DNA from: an uncultured Ruminococcus sp.
Lineage (GTDB): Bacteria > Bacillota > Clostridia > Oscillospirales > Ruminococcaceae
DNA length: 64,000 bases
NCBI GenBank assembly: GCA_910584195.1
Contig: CAJTYV010000001.1
Location: forward strand, 239,728 to 303,727
Direction: 5' to 3'
Shown here: positions 29,383 to 39,127 of the stretch, one piece after another
How the letters are laid out: each line of letters opens with the position of its first letter
Numbering within the stretch: position 1 is the stretch's first letter
Notes under the pieces: model-generated
Told to the model about the DNA's origin: nothing
The model's database searches: none
What the model saw: only the letters and a program-made list of their open reading frames with translations
Translations under genes and position numbers: made by a program

Positions 29383-31221
29383 TTATTCAACAGTAACGCT
29401 TTTCGCAAGATTTCTCGGCTTATCGACATCGTATCCTTTAGCGACTGAAACATAATATCCAAGAAGCTGGAGAGGAATTACCGAAAGACTTCCGGCAAAG
29501 TGAGGATCTGTCTTGGGAATATATACGGTAAAGTCTGCCAGATCCTCCATACCGTAATTTCCGTATGTGGTAAGTCCCATAAGAGACGCCCCCCTGCTCT
29601 TTACCTCAACCATATTGCTGACTGTCTTTTCATAAAGCTCAGGCTGAGTAAGTATTCCTATAACGGGCATTTTATCCTCGATGAGGCTTATAGGTCCGTG
29701 TTTAAGCTCACCTGCCGCATACGCCTCAGAGTGAATATAGCTTATTTCTTTCATTTTAAGACTGCCCTCAAGACCTATGGCATAATCTATTCCTCTGCCG
29801 ATAAAAAATGCGTCCTTACATCCCGAAAGCTTGTTGGCATACCACTGGATACGCTCCTTATCCTCTAAAATCTTCTTTATTTTTTCGGGAATGGTATTTA
29901 TCTCCGCAAGCAGCTCGTTATAATTTTCCTGCTCCATTTCACCCCTTGCAAAGGCAAACTGCATCGCAAGGAGATAGCCTGCAATAAGCTGCGTGCTGTA
30001 TGCTTTGGTAGTCGCAACTGAAATTTCAGGACCTGCCAGAGTATAAAACACACTGTCAGCCTCGCGCGCTATAGACGAGCCGACAACATTCACGATTCCG
30101 AATGTCTTCACACCCATATCCTTAGCCATTCTGAGAGCTGCAAGGCTGTCCGCAGTTTCTCCCGACTGACTTACTATAATTACAAGACTGTTTTTGGCAA
30201 GCTTCATTTTCCTGTATCGGAACTCCGAAGCAAGCTCAACGCGAACCAAAATAGATGTAAACTCCTCGATAACGTATTGTACTGCCATACCGACATGATA
30301 AGCCGAACCGCATGCAACTATATATATTTGCTGAATGCCTTTCATTTCTTCATCGGTAAGACCATGTTCTCCGAAATCAATTCTTCCGTCCTTAACGACA
30401 GAATTTATAGTATCCTTGATAACCTTAGGCTGTTCGTGAATTTCTTTGAGCATGAAATGCTCATATCCGCCTTTTTCGGCAGCCTCTGCATCCCACTTTA
30501 TCTCAACAAGCTCTTTTTCGATCTCTTCACGGTCAATATTATAGAAAACAGCATTGCCCTTTTCAAGTTTTGCAATTTCCATATTGCCTATGTAATAAAC
30601 GTTTCTGGTATATTTCAGAACAGCCGGAACATCTGATGCAACGTATGTCTCGCCGCCCGTTATGCCTATTATCATAGGACTGTCCTTACGTGCGGTATAG
30701 ATCTCGCCGGGATAATCTCCGAACATAACACAGAGAGCATAAGAACCTCTTATGCGTATCATTGCGCGGGCAATTGAATCCACCGGTCCCTGACCGTACT
30801 TTTTATAGTAATAATCTATCAGCTTAACGGCAACCTCCGTATCAGTCTGAGATTTAAAGCTGTAGCCGTTTTTCATCAGCTTTTCCCTAAGCTCCTGATA
30901 ATTTTCGATAATACCGTTATGAACAGCAACAACATTTTCATCGTCGCTGGCATGCGGATGAGCATTAAGGGTAGACGGCTCTCCGTGAGTAGCCCAACGT
31001 GTATGACCGATACCGCAGCTTCCTACGACAGCCTCGCCGTCATTTGTCATTTTTTTAAGAACTTCAAGCTTTCCCTTTGCTTTTATAACGGTCACAGGGT
31101 CAGAACCTCCGCGGACGGCAATTCCTGCCGAATCATAACCTCTGTATTCAAGTTTTGACAAACCGTCAAGAAGAATTGGAGCAGCCTGATGTTCACCTGT
31201 AAATCCAACTATTCCGCACAT
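29383..31221 (-). CDS. glmS: Glutamine--fructose-6-phosphate aminotransferase
   Basis: N-terminal MCGIVGF (class II glutamine amidotransferase) and two SIS domains, ending ...VTVE. Confidence 0.95.
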   Translation of the reverse strand: MCGIVGFTGEHQAAPILLDGLSKLEYRGYDSAGIAVRGGSDPVTVIKAKGKLEVLKKMTNDGEAVVGSCGIGHTRWATHGEPSTLNAHPHASDDENVVAVHNGIIENYQELREKLMKNGYSFKSQTDTEVAVKLIDYYYKKYGQGPVDSIARAMIRIRGSYALCVMFGDYPGEIYTARKDSPMIIGITGGETYVASDVPAVLKYTRNVYYIGNMEIAKLEKGNAVFYNIDREEIEKELVEIKWDAEAAEKGGYEHFMLKEIHEQPKVIKDTINSVVKDGRIDFGEHGLTDEEMKGIQQIYIVACGSAYHVGMAVQYVIEEFTSILVRVELASEFRYRKMKLAKNSLVIIVSQSGETADSLAALRMAKDMGVKTFGIVNVVGSSIAREADSVFYTLAGPEISVATTKAYSTQLIAGYLLAMQFAFARGEMEQENYNELLAEINTIPEKIKKILEDKERIQWYANKLSGCKDAFFIGRGIDYAIGLEGSLKMKEISYIHSEAYAAGELKHGPISLIEDKMPVIGILTQPELYEKTVSNMVEVKSRGASLMGLTTYGNYGMEDLADFTVYIPKTDPHFAGSLSVIPLQLLGYYVSVAKGYDVDKPRNLAKSVTVE

Positions 31222-31318
31222 AAAAACCTCCGATTTTCATTATTTTAATTAATGTCATCATACTAAAGCAACCTCTAAGATCTGTTTTGCCTTATGAGGT
31301 TGCCTTTAATTATGTAAA

Positions 31319-32683
31319 TTACTTTACAATATCTTCGTCACCAAACGGATCTCCGCATTCTGCGCAGAATTTCGGAGGATTATAAGGGTCGGCAGGTTCC
31401 CAGCCGCATTTATCGCACTTATAGAGCGGCTCTCCCACAGGTTTCGCCTTACCGCATTCGGCACAGAATTTCCCTTTATTTACCACGCCGCATGAACAAG
31501 TCCAGCCGTTTTCAGCTGGCTTTGGATTACCGCAGTTTGAACAGAATTTTGAAGTATTCTGCTGACCGCACGAGCATTTCCAGCTGCCGTCATCGGGCTT
31601 CGACTTACCGCAGTTCGCACAGAATTTGCCATTATTTGAAGTTCCGCATGAACATTTCCAAACGCCTGACTGAGCCTGCTGCGCACCCATGGAGTAAAGA
31701 TTCTGAGTATTTAGTCCGCCTGCCTGCTGAGCCATATTCATACCGAAGAATCCCATAGCCGCACCGCCCTTGTTGTCCGCCGCCTTGACCATTGCCTCGT
31801 TCTGAGCTTCGACCATTTTTGCGGCAGCATTGAGGGGATCTCTGTTCCATGCAAGATCTTCGTATTTCTTTATTCTGTCCTCGTCTTCTTTTGGAATAGA
31901 AACGGATCGGATAGCTACCTTGCAAATCTCAATACCTCTGTCCTCAAGCCATTCTTTTTTCAAAACTTCTTTCATGGCGTTAGTGATAGCAACGGTATTA
32001 TTCGGAAGCTGATCATATGTCACAAGAGTGGAAAGCTTTGCAAAAGCAGGCTGAAGCTGATTCATAAACTCACTGTAAAGCGTATTGTCGAGCTGATCGC
32101 GATTATAGACTGCCGTAACGTTTCCGCACACATTTGCATAAAACTTCATAGGATCTGCAATCTTATACGAATAAACGCCATTGCAGCGAAGTCCGACAGT
32201 AAAGCTTCTGCCAAGATCGGCATAGCTCACACGGAACGGAACCGGCTGAGAAGTTCCGAATTTATTATCGGTTATTTCTTTTATGTTAAAGTAATAAATA
32301 CGCTGGTCGTGACCCGTATCACCGCCGAATGAAATACGCTTTCCAATAGTTTTGAAAGTATCCTTTATACCGCTGCCAAGACTTCCTGCGAAAATACTTG
32401 GTTCTGTTGACATATCATAAGTGTATTCGCCCGGAACTGCACATATTTCAACAACCTGTCCCTGATCGATGATTATCATACACTGTCCTTCGTTAACAAC
32501 TATAACGCTGCCGTTTGTAATAATGTTATCGCTGCCCCGGGTATTGGATGATTTTTTTCCCGTCCTTTTATAACCTTTAACAACAAGAGTTGAGGGAGGG
32601 ATAGCATCGCAGCAGAAAAATTCTTTCCACTGATCTGAAAGCGCCGAGCCTGCTCCTGTGAAAACTGCCTTTATAAGACCCAT
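31319..32683 (-). CDS. SPFH/band-7 (COG4260, YdjI-like) protein fused to four C-terminal zinc-ribbon repeats
   Basis: N-terminal SPFH-like domain, then four repeats of W(K/T)CSCGxxNxGKFCxxCGxxKP, then CDKCGW...KFCAECG. Confidence 0.7.
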   Translation of the reverse strand: MGLIKAVFTGAGSALSDQWKEFFCCDAIPPSTLVVKGYKRTGKKSSNTRGSDNIITNGSVIVVNEGQCMIIIDQGQVVEICAVPGEYTYDMSTEPSIFAGSLGSGIKDTFKTIGKRISFGGDTGHDQRIYYFNIKEITDNKFGTSQPVPFRVSYADLGRSFTVGLRCNGVYSYKIADPMKFYANVCGNVTAVYNRDQLDNTLYSEFMNQLQPAFAKLSTLVTYDQLPNNTVAITNAMKEVLKKEWLEDRGIEICKVAIRSVSIPKEDEDRIKKYEDLAWNRDPLNAAAKMVEAQNEAMVKAADNKGGAAMGFFGMNMAQQAGGLNTQNLYSMGAQQAQSGVWKCSCGTSNNGKFCANCGKSKPDDGSWKCSCGQQNTSKFCSNCGNPKPAENGWTCSCGVVNKGKFCAECGKAKPVGEPLYKCDKCGWEPADPYNPPKFCAECGDPFGDEDIVK

Positions 32684-32852
32684 ATTAAAACTCCTTTCGA
32701 TAACAAGTACGAGCTTATTACCTATATCATTTACCGAAATTTATCGGTCTGATTTAATTATAACACATTTTCTCTGATTATGCAAGACTTTTTTCCTGCA
32801 AACAATGCAACGCACAAAGCCGTTTTCAAAACCTTGTGCGTTGTTTTATTAA

Positions 32853-35240
32853 TTATTTATCTGTAACTTCGGGAAGTTCTTTAAGTATTTTCGCGTCTAA
32901 TTTCTGAATTGCAAGAGCATCGCTTGTCTTAACTCCATCGCCGGTATTGCAGCAATCAGCATTTTTAGCACCGAGTGCCGAAAGTCCATATTTATCTGAA
33001 TTTCCAAGAGCCTGCAAAATCGCTGTAGAATCGGCAATAGTTACCTTACCGTCACAATTTGCGTCGCCGTAAAGAATCTTAGGCGCTTCTCCCAGAGATT
33101 CAAAAGTATTGCCGTTTTCCTCGGCATAAGCTTGTGCAGTAGAATTATCATATCCGCAGATTATAACATCGCTATCCAAATTATCTATTTTACAGTTTTC
33201 ATTTCTGATAATAATTTTTTCAATATTGTATAAGTTACTTATTTCATTTACGGAACTTGCAGCGTCTACTACTTTGACATTGCCCCATTCATAGCAATAA
33301 TCATCAAGTACATCTGTACCCTGATACATTACAAATTCGTCAATAACGGAACCCGAAAAAATTCCATACTCCATAACGCTCAGATATTCGGGCATATTTA
33401 TCCTTTTAAGATTTTCGCATCCTGCAAAAGCCATAACGCCCAGTCTGGAAAGTCGTTTTGGAAGAATTACCTCCTCCAAATAATTGTTATTGCTAAATGC
33501 ATAACCGTATACCCAGTCAACGTCATTCGGAACGGTAAACGAAATTCCTTTTTTAGATTCGGGATACATTACGAGAACCTTTTTACCTTCTCTTTCTCTG
33601 TACAATACGCCGTCCTCTGAAAAATAAGCAGGATTCCCTTTTTCAACTTCAACTCTGCCGATATTTGAATCGTCCAGTGCAAATCTTCCTATATTTTCAG
33701 CCGATGCCGGTATCTTGACGGAATTTATCCCGCTTCCGCTTAATGCACCGTCACATATTGCAGCCGTGCCGGGTTTTATCTCAATATCCTGACCGGATAT
33801 ATCGCCCTTGAATCCAAGCAGCGTTGTTCCAAAATATATCGGTCCATCAGGAAGATTTTCAATAAATGGAATATATTCCATATAATATGTCCAACTGTCA
33901 TCATCTTCATTGTATTGAGAGTGTCTGCGTCCGAATGCGTCAAGCGAAAACAACGTTGAATCCGTATTAAGAAGATTGATCTCTTCAAGAGATATACATC
34001 CCACAAAACAATTTTGATTCCAACCCCAATGTCTGACAGAATCGGGGATCGTTACATTAGTCACCTTGCGGCAGTTCTCAAAAGCAGCTCCGCCGATGTA
34101 GTCCGTTCCGTCAAAAATTTCTACACCGCCCTCTTTTCCCTCGGGACACACTTTCAAACCGTCAACCAGACCATCATATCCTTTGCTGTACAAAATGCCG
34201 TCATGGGATTCATAACGTTCATTTTTTTCATCAACATTGATGGCAGTCAGGTTAGGACAATCTGCGCCAAAATACCAATTAATATATTCAACGCTTGCCG
34301 GAAGATTTACCGAAGTTACATTCGGAAGATTGCTGAAAACTCCATAACCTATGTCTATAACGCCGTCCTCAATAGTAACATCACCCTCTAATGCTGTCCG
34401 CATAACCCATATTAAATCTTTGCCTTCACTGTAAGAAGAATTCTTATAAAACATTCCGTTTGAAAATGAATAATTTTGATTGTTTTCATCTATGTTGATT
34501 TCTTCAAGAGCGCTGAGTTCAGCAAACATATAACTATTCATATACTCTACCGATTCCGGAATAGTTATTGATTTAAGAGAATAACAATAGCGAAAAGCGT
34601 CATTTATATCAGTTACGCCGTTCGGTATTTCAATTTCAGTAATTCCAATACAATTAGAAAACGCATCTCCGCTGATATAAGTAAGCGTTGAAGGCAGTAT
34701 GACAGACGTAATTTCTTCACAATATGCAAAAGCATTTGTACCTATTCTCTCTACCCCTTCGGGAACAATATACTCGCCCTGCATTTTTCCCGGACACCTT
34801 ATAAGCTTAGTCATATCTTTGCTGAAAAGCACACCGTCCAAAGAAACGAAATTCTCATTTTCACTGCTTACGATTATCTCCTCAAGGGAACTGCACCCAT
34901 TAAATGCATATGAATCAATTTCTGATATAGTATCAGGCAAACTTACGGAAACAAGAGAAGAGCAATTACTAAAAGCGCGATAACCTATCTCTTGAACTTT
35001 TATGTCGTCAATTTCCGAAGGTATCACAAGTTCGGAAGCGTCCCCGGAATAACCTGTGATTTCAATATAGCTATCGTCCCAGTCGCTTATATAATACTCC
35101 AGACCATCTTCTGTCACATAATCAGCCGCGTTAACATTTGTCAAAGGCAGCCGTTCTGTAAAACAGACCTTATTCACAGCAACCGCAAGACTCATTACAG
35201 CAGCAATCCCGAATAAAGCCGCTTTTGTTGTTTTTTTCAT
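32853..35240 (-). CDS. Secreted BspA-type leucine-rich-repeat protein with a C-terminal dockerin
   Basis: Signal peptide, repeated ...AF.NC.SL..I.IP..V..IG..AF... LRR units, and a C-terminal YGDANCDGKVTIADSTAILQALGNSDKYGLS...NADCCNTGDGVKTSDALAIQKLDAKIL dockerin. Confidence 0.8.
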   Translation of the reverse strand: MKKTTKAALFGIAAVMSLAVAVNKVCFTERLPLTNVNAADYVTEDGLEYYISDWDDSYIEITGYSGDASELVIPSEIDDIKVQEIGYRAFSNCSSLVSVSLPDTISEIDSYAFNGCSSLEEIIVSSENENFVSLDGVLFSKDMTKLIRCPGKMQGEYIVPEGVERIGTNAFAYCEEITSVILPSTLTYISGDAFSNCIGITEIEIPNGVTDINDAFRYCYSLKSITIPESVEYMNSYMFAELSALEEINIDENNQNYSFSNGMFYKNSSYSEGKDLIWVMRTALEGDVTIEDGVIDIGYGVFSNLPNVTSVNLPASVEYINWYFGADCPNLTAINVDEKNERYESHDGILYSKGYDGLVDGLKVCPEGKEGGVEIFDGTDYIGGAAFENCRKVTNVTIPDSVRHWGWNQNCFVGCISLEEINLLNTDSTLFSLDAFGRRHSQYNEDDDSWTYYMEYIPFIENLPDGPIYFGTTLLGFKGDISGQDIEIKPGTAAICDGALSGSGINSVKIPASAENIGRFALDDSNIGRVEVEKGNPAYFSEDGVLYREREGKKVLVMYPESKKGISFTVPNDVDWVYGYAFSNNNYLEEVILPKRLSRLGVMAFAGCENLKRINMPEYLSVMEYGIFSGSVIDEFVMYQGTDVLDDYCYEWGNVKVVDAASSVNEISNLYNIEKIIIRNENCKIDNLDSDVIICGYDNSTAQAYAEENGNTFESLGEAPKILYGDANCDGKVTIADSTAILQALGNSDKYGLSALGAKNADCCNTGDGVKTSDALAIQKLDAKILKELPEVTDK

Positions 35241-35417
35241 GTAAGCTCCTCCTCTTATACAACATCGCTTTTTAAGCTAAGCCTATTGTCACTCTTAATA
35301 TTAATATAATTAAACAAAATATATTGTTTCAATTAATTATAACATATTTAAAAATATCTTGCAAGTAAAAAGTTCATATTTTAAATATCGACGCACAAAT
35401 ATTGTGCGTCGATGCTT

Positions 35418-35759
35418 TTATTCCCAGTTTTTCCAGATTTCAGGGCAATAACCAACAGTTGCTTTTTTTCCGCTGCGAACAACGGGAGTTTTTATAAGCT
35501 GCTGATTTTCAAAGAGTTTTTCCTCGCGGTCGCTGTCTGAAAGGTATCTCATAAGGGTAACCGTTTCCTTATCCTTCGATTTATCGTTTATCATAGCGTC
35601 AATTTCTCCGACAGACTGCATAACCGAATTAAACTCTCCCCTGCTCATTCCTTTTTCTTTCATATCTATAAACTGGACTTTTATATTGCGCTCTTTAAAA
35701 TAACGCTCGGCTTTTTTCGTATCAAAGCACTTTTTAACTCCAAATATCTGTATATTCAT
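35418..35759 (-). CDS. ArsC/Spx/YffB-family thioredoxin-fold protein
   Basis: A 113-aa protein with the NIQIFGVKKCFDTKKAERYF N-terminus typical of the family. Only 3 nt separate it from the downstream GH3 gene. Confidence 0.6.
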   Translation of the reverse strand: MNIQIFGVKKCFDTKKAERYFKERNIKVQFIDMKEKGMSRGEFNSVMQSVGEIDAMINDKSKDKETVTLMRYLSDSDREEKLFENQQLIKTPVVRSGKKATVGYCPEIWKNWE

Positions 35760-35761
35760 TC

Positions 35762-38509
35762 TTAAAATTCTCCCGCATCCATTGGTCTGTCCGTTCTTGC
35801 AGTCTTTTCAAAATCTATGCTTATCATGTCAAGACCGTTCTGCGCAAAGTATATGCGTACTGCCGTAAAATGTGAAAACATTGGAATCTCGCTTGAATAA
35901 GACACTGCTTTACCGCCTGTTCCGTTCCATGTAAAAACAGCATTTGCCGTTCCCATTGTAAAAAGCGTTACCGGAATCTGCGCCAGTTCACTTTGTTCCG
36001 ATGAAGCAGTAACAGTTACCTTATACCAACCGGGACGGTTTACCTCCAAAGCAAAACTGTAATTTTTTCCTTTTTCCGACTTTACATCGCTCAGATCCAA
36101 AGTAAACTTCTCGTTTATTTCATAAAAAACAACATTTTCGTCAGAAGAAATATCCTCATCCGGTCGATTAATAACCTCTATCGTATCATCTTCGCCTATC
36201 GTGCGTTTAAATGCGTTCGTTCCGAGAATAAACGTACAAATATTTTTTGCGTTTCTCTGAATCTCACACCGCCTTAAATCACCGTTTTTGAGACTTTCAA
36301 GTGTATTATCCCCGTTTTTTCCGCCATCGGCGCACACCATGTACAAATCGTTCTGTGCCATTGCCATTGCAGCAAAATCAGTCTTATCGGCATTTTGTCC
36401 CCGGCGGTTGATATTCGCCCACCAGTCGGTCATGGTAATTCCCGAAAATCCCCATTCATTGCGAAGAATAATCGTATTCAAATCGAAATTTCCGGCAGTC
36501 CACACTCCGTTTACCTTTCCGTAAGTTGTCATAACGCTGTCGGCGCTTCCTTGTTTTACGGCAATTTCAAAACCCTTCAGATATATTTCGCGCAATGCTC
36601 TTTCAGAAGCAACAGTATCTATAAAGTGACGATTGGTTTCCTGATTGTTACCGCAGAAATGCTTTATAGTCCCCGTAACTCCTGATTTATGAAGTCCCCT
36701 CAGTTCCGCGGCAGCCATAGTTCCCGTCAGGTACGGATCTTCGGAAAAATACTCAAAATTACGTCCGTTCAAAGGGTGACGGTGAATGTTCATGCCCGGT
36801 CCGAGCAGACAATCAACCTTATTTGCAGCCATTTCAAGTCCCATAAACCCGAAAAGCTCCTCGGCAAGCTCTTTATTAAAAGTCGATGCTATCATAGTTC
36901 CGTTAGGCAGACTAAATGCCTTTGTACCACAGTCAAGCCTCATTCCAGATGGTCCGTCGGAACAACATGCCGCAGGTATGCCGTATTTTGTAAGGCAGTC
37001 TGCAACTCCGCCGAACGCCGAAGCGGTACCCGCCGTAACTCTCGGACTTCCCATACCTTCGCCCCTGATAATGCAGGACAGTTCCTCATCGGAAAGCTGA
37101 GCAATAAATTCGTCCATAGTATTTTTGCCCGAATGCACATCAGCAAGCTTGATTTCCCTGTCGCCCGTATAAGGAATTTCTTTCGGCAGATTCTCCAGTC
37201 GTCTTGCAGTTTCGTCCACTTCACTGAGAGGAACGTCCTCAAACGTCAGTCCGCCGTCATTCTTCATTCTCTTGAACGCTTCTACAGGCGCAAGAGCCTG
37301 AACGCATTTTTCTATCACTCTGTCTCGCACAATACCAACACAAATGGACTTTCCAATATCAGGCGTTATGTAAAAATTATATTCTCCCGATTCAAGAAGA
37401 AAACAATTTTTATGCCCGGTAATTCCCGAATCATCGTAGGACGCAAGTTCGTCCAGATTTACCACGACGCATATGTCCTGAGATTCTCCGGGAGCAAGCG
37501 TTTTGGTTTTTTCATATCCGCATAGCACTCTTTTCGGCTGCCCGAGTTTACCCTGTGGCTTTTCAACATATACCATAACAACTTCTTTGCCGCTGTACCT
37601 GCCTGTATTCTTAACCTCCACATATATCGCAACAGTATTTTCATCATAATCGGAAGAAATATACTTTGTTTCAAAAGCGGTGTATGAAAGTCCGTATCCA
37701 AAGGGATAACGCACTTTTTCCGGAGCAAACGTATCAAAATACCGATACCCAACGTAAATATCTTCAACGTAGCGATTGCTATTCAAATCGCCGAAATATT
37801 GGTGAGACGGATAATCTTCGATATTGTATGCGATAGTATCGGGAAGCTTTCCCGACGGCGAGACCTTGCCTGTAAGAACGTCCGCAGTACCTGTGCCACC
37901 CGTCATACCGCCCTGCCATACATAAAGCAGAGAATCAACGTCAAGGCTTTCAATAAATTCAATGTCGATAAGTCCGCCAACATTCAGCAGAACAACAACC
38001 TTTTCAAAGTTTTTGCGGACTTTTGTCAGCATATCTTTTTCAAGCTCCGTCAGAAGATACGAACCTTCACTCAAGGTAACTTCCTGCTCCTCGCCTGCCG
38101 TTCTTCCGATAATTACAATGGCTGTGCTTCCCGTTTCAGAAGCTTTTTTCACGATCTCATCAGAAAGGGGCATTTCTTTCTGCGACCAAGGTTCAGCTCC
38201 CCAGCCTGAACCTAAGTCGTAAGGATTTTTCTTGTCCCATTTTCTGTAAATCTCAAGAAGCTCCTCATTAAGCTTTACGCCTGCTTCAAGAAGTCCGTCC
38301 GTAATACCCGTAACTTTTGAAACGTTAACCATTCCTCCCGAACCCGTTCCGCTCTTGTAATAATGAAGCTGTATGCGTCCGAAAACCGAAACAATCTCTT
38401 CCTTTTTCAGCGGCAGAGCCGAATTGTTGTTTTTCAGCATAACTATTCCCTCGGCTACAGTATCGGCAGCAACTTTTAAGTATTTTTCCCAATCAAGAAT
38501 TTTATTCAT
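35762..38509 (-). CDS. GH3 beta-glucosidase/beta-xylosidase
   Basis: GH3 motifs SDGPSGMR, KHFCGNNQE and GYGLSYTAFE, across 915 aa. Confidence 0.9.
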   Translation of the reverse strand: MNKILDWEKYLKVAADTVAEGIVMLKNNNSALPLKKEEIVSVFGRIQLHYYKSGTGSGGMVNVSKVTGITDGLLEAGVKLNEELLEIYRKWDKKNPYDLGSGWGAEPWSQKEMPLSDEIVKKASETGSTAIVIIGRTAGEEQEVTLSEGSYLLTELEKDMLTKVRKNFEKVVVLLNVGGLIDIEFIESLDVDSLLYVWQGGMTGGTGTADVLTGKVSPSGKLPDTIAYNIEDYPSHQYFGDLNSNRYVEDIYVGYRYFDTFAPEKVRYPFGYGLSYTAFETKYISSDYDENTVAIYVEVKNTGRYSGKEVVMVYVEKPQGKLGQPKRVLCGYEKTKTLAPGESQDICVVVNLDELASYDDSGITGHKNCFLLESGEYNFYITPDIGKSICVGIVRDRVIEKCVQALAPVEAFKRMKNDGGLTFEDVPLSEVDETARRLENLPKEIPYTGDREIKLADVHSGKNTMDEFIAQLSDEELSCIIRGEGMGSPRVTAGTASAFGGVADCLTKYGIPAACCSDGPSGMRLDCGTKAFSLPNGTMIASTFNKELAEELFGFMGLEMAANKVDCLLGPGMNIHRHPLNGRNFEYFSEDPYLTGTMAAAELRGLHKSGVTGTIKHFCGNNQETNRHFIDTVASERALREIYLKGFEIAVKQGSADSVMTTYGKVNGVWTAGNFDLNTIILRNEWGFSGITMTDWWANINRRGQNADKTDFAAMAMAQNDLYMVCADGGKNGDNTLESLKNGDLRRCEIQRNAKNICTFILGTNAFKRTIGEDDTIEVINRPDEDISSDENVVFYEINEKFTLDLSDVKSEKGKNYSFALEVNRPGWYKVTVTASSEQSELAQIPVTLFTMGTANAVFTWNGTGGKAVSYSSEIPMFSHFTAVRIYFAQNGLDMISIDFEKTARTDRPMDAGEF

Positions 38510-38534
38510 AAAACAGTATCCTCATTTCATGATA

Positions 38535-38575
38535 TAATCAGATACTACAATTATAACAAATATTTCATTATTTTG
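38535..38575 (-). promoter_or_regulatory. Sigma-A promoter (TTGCAA-17-TATAAT) for the GH3 gene; copy 1 of a duplicated promoter/leader cassette
   Basis: The minus strand reads cttgcaaaataatgaaatatttgttataattgtagtatc. Confidence 0.55.
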
Positions 38576-38619
38576 CAAGAGTTTTTATAAAAATGCAGAC
38601 TTTTTTCGCCAAGCATTAA

Positions 38620-39006
38620 TTAAATATATTTATAAATTTCAAGATATTGCTTTAGTTTTTTTGCTTTATGAGCAGGAACAGTAATTTTTCTATCATAAAC
38701 AAAGATGCGAAATGCAGGTTCTAAAATAAAACCGCTCTGCCTGCCTTTAAGAATACGGAAGTCCCTGATTTCAGAAGCATGAAAAGACCAGTTATGCCTG
38801 AAAGGTTCCCTGCAATAAAATTCACCTGTATCTGTATCAATTTTCATTTTCCAGATTGTCAGATAAAAAGCACGAATCAAGCCAATAAATACCAAAATTA
38901 CACCTGTTACCGGATTGTCAAAATGAACTAAAACAAAGCCGAATATTATTAAATATCCTACTATTATAACATTTAACATTGAAATTTTTCCGACTTTTAT
39001 TTTCAT
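38620..39006 (-). CDS. Hypothetical small membrane protein (two TM helices plus a PH-like C-terminal domain)
   Basis: An aaggagg RBS sits 7 nt before the ATG at 39006 (MKIKVGKISMLN...). The hydrophobic N-terminal half is apparent. Confidence 0.55.
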   Translation of the reverse strand: MKIKVGKISMLNVIIVGYLIIFGFVLVHFDNPVTGVILVFIGLIRAFYLTIWKMKIDTDTGEFYCREPFRHNWSFHASEIRDFRILKGRQSGFILEPAFRIFVYDRKITVPAHKAKKLKQYLEIYKYI

Positions 39007-39049
39007 AAAATAATACCTCCTTTCATAATCTAACAAGATACTGCAATTA

Positions 39050-39090
39050 TAACAAATATTTCATGAATTTGCAATAGTTTATAAAAAATC
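39050..39090 (-). promoter_or_regulatory. Sigma-A promoter (TTGCAA-17-TATAAT); copy 2 of the duplicated cassette
   Basis: The minus strand reads attgcaaattcatgaaatatttgttataattgcagtatc. Confidence 0.55.
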
Positions 39091-39127
39091 AGCCTTGGAG
39101 TAATCCTCAGCTGATAAAACAATATAT

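Noticed and set aside
36689-37525. 278-aa ORF on the plus strand, and other long ORFs (36288-36685, 37799-38222), antisense to the GH3 gene
   Set aside because: They lie entirely inside a confidently identified GH3 gene on the opposite strand. They have Arg/Ser/Cys-rich shadow-ORF composition and no RBS.
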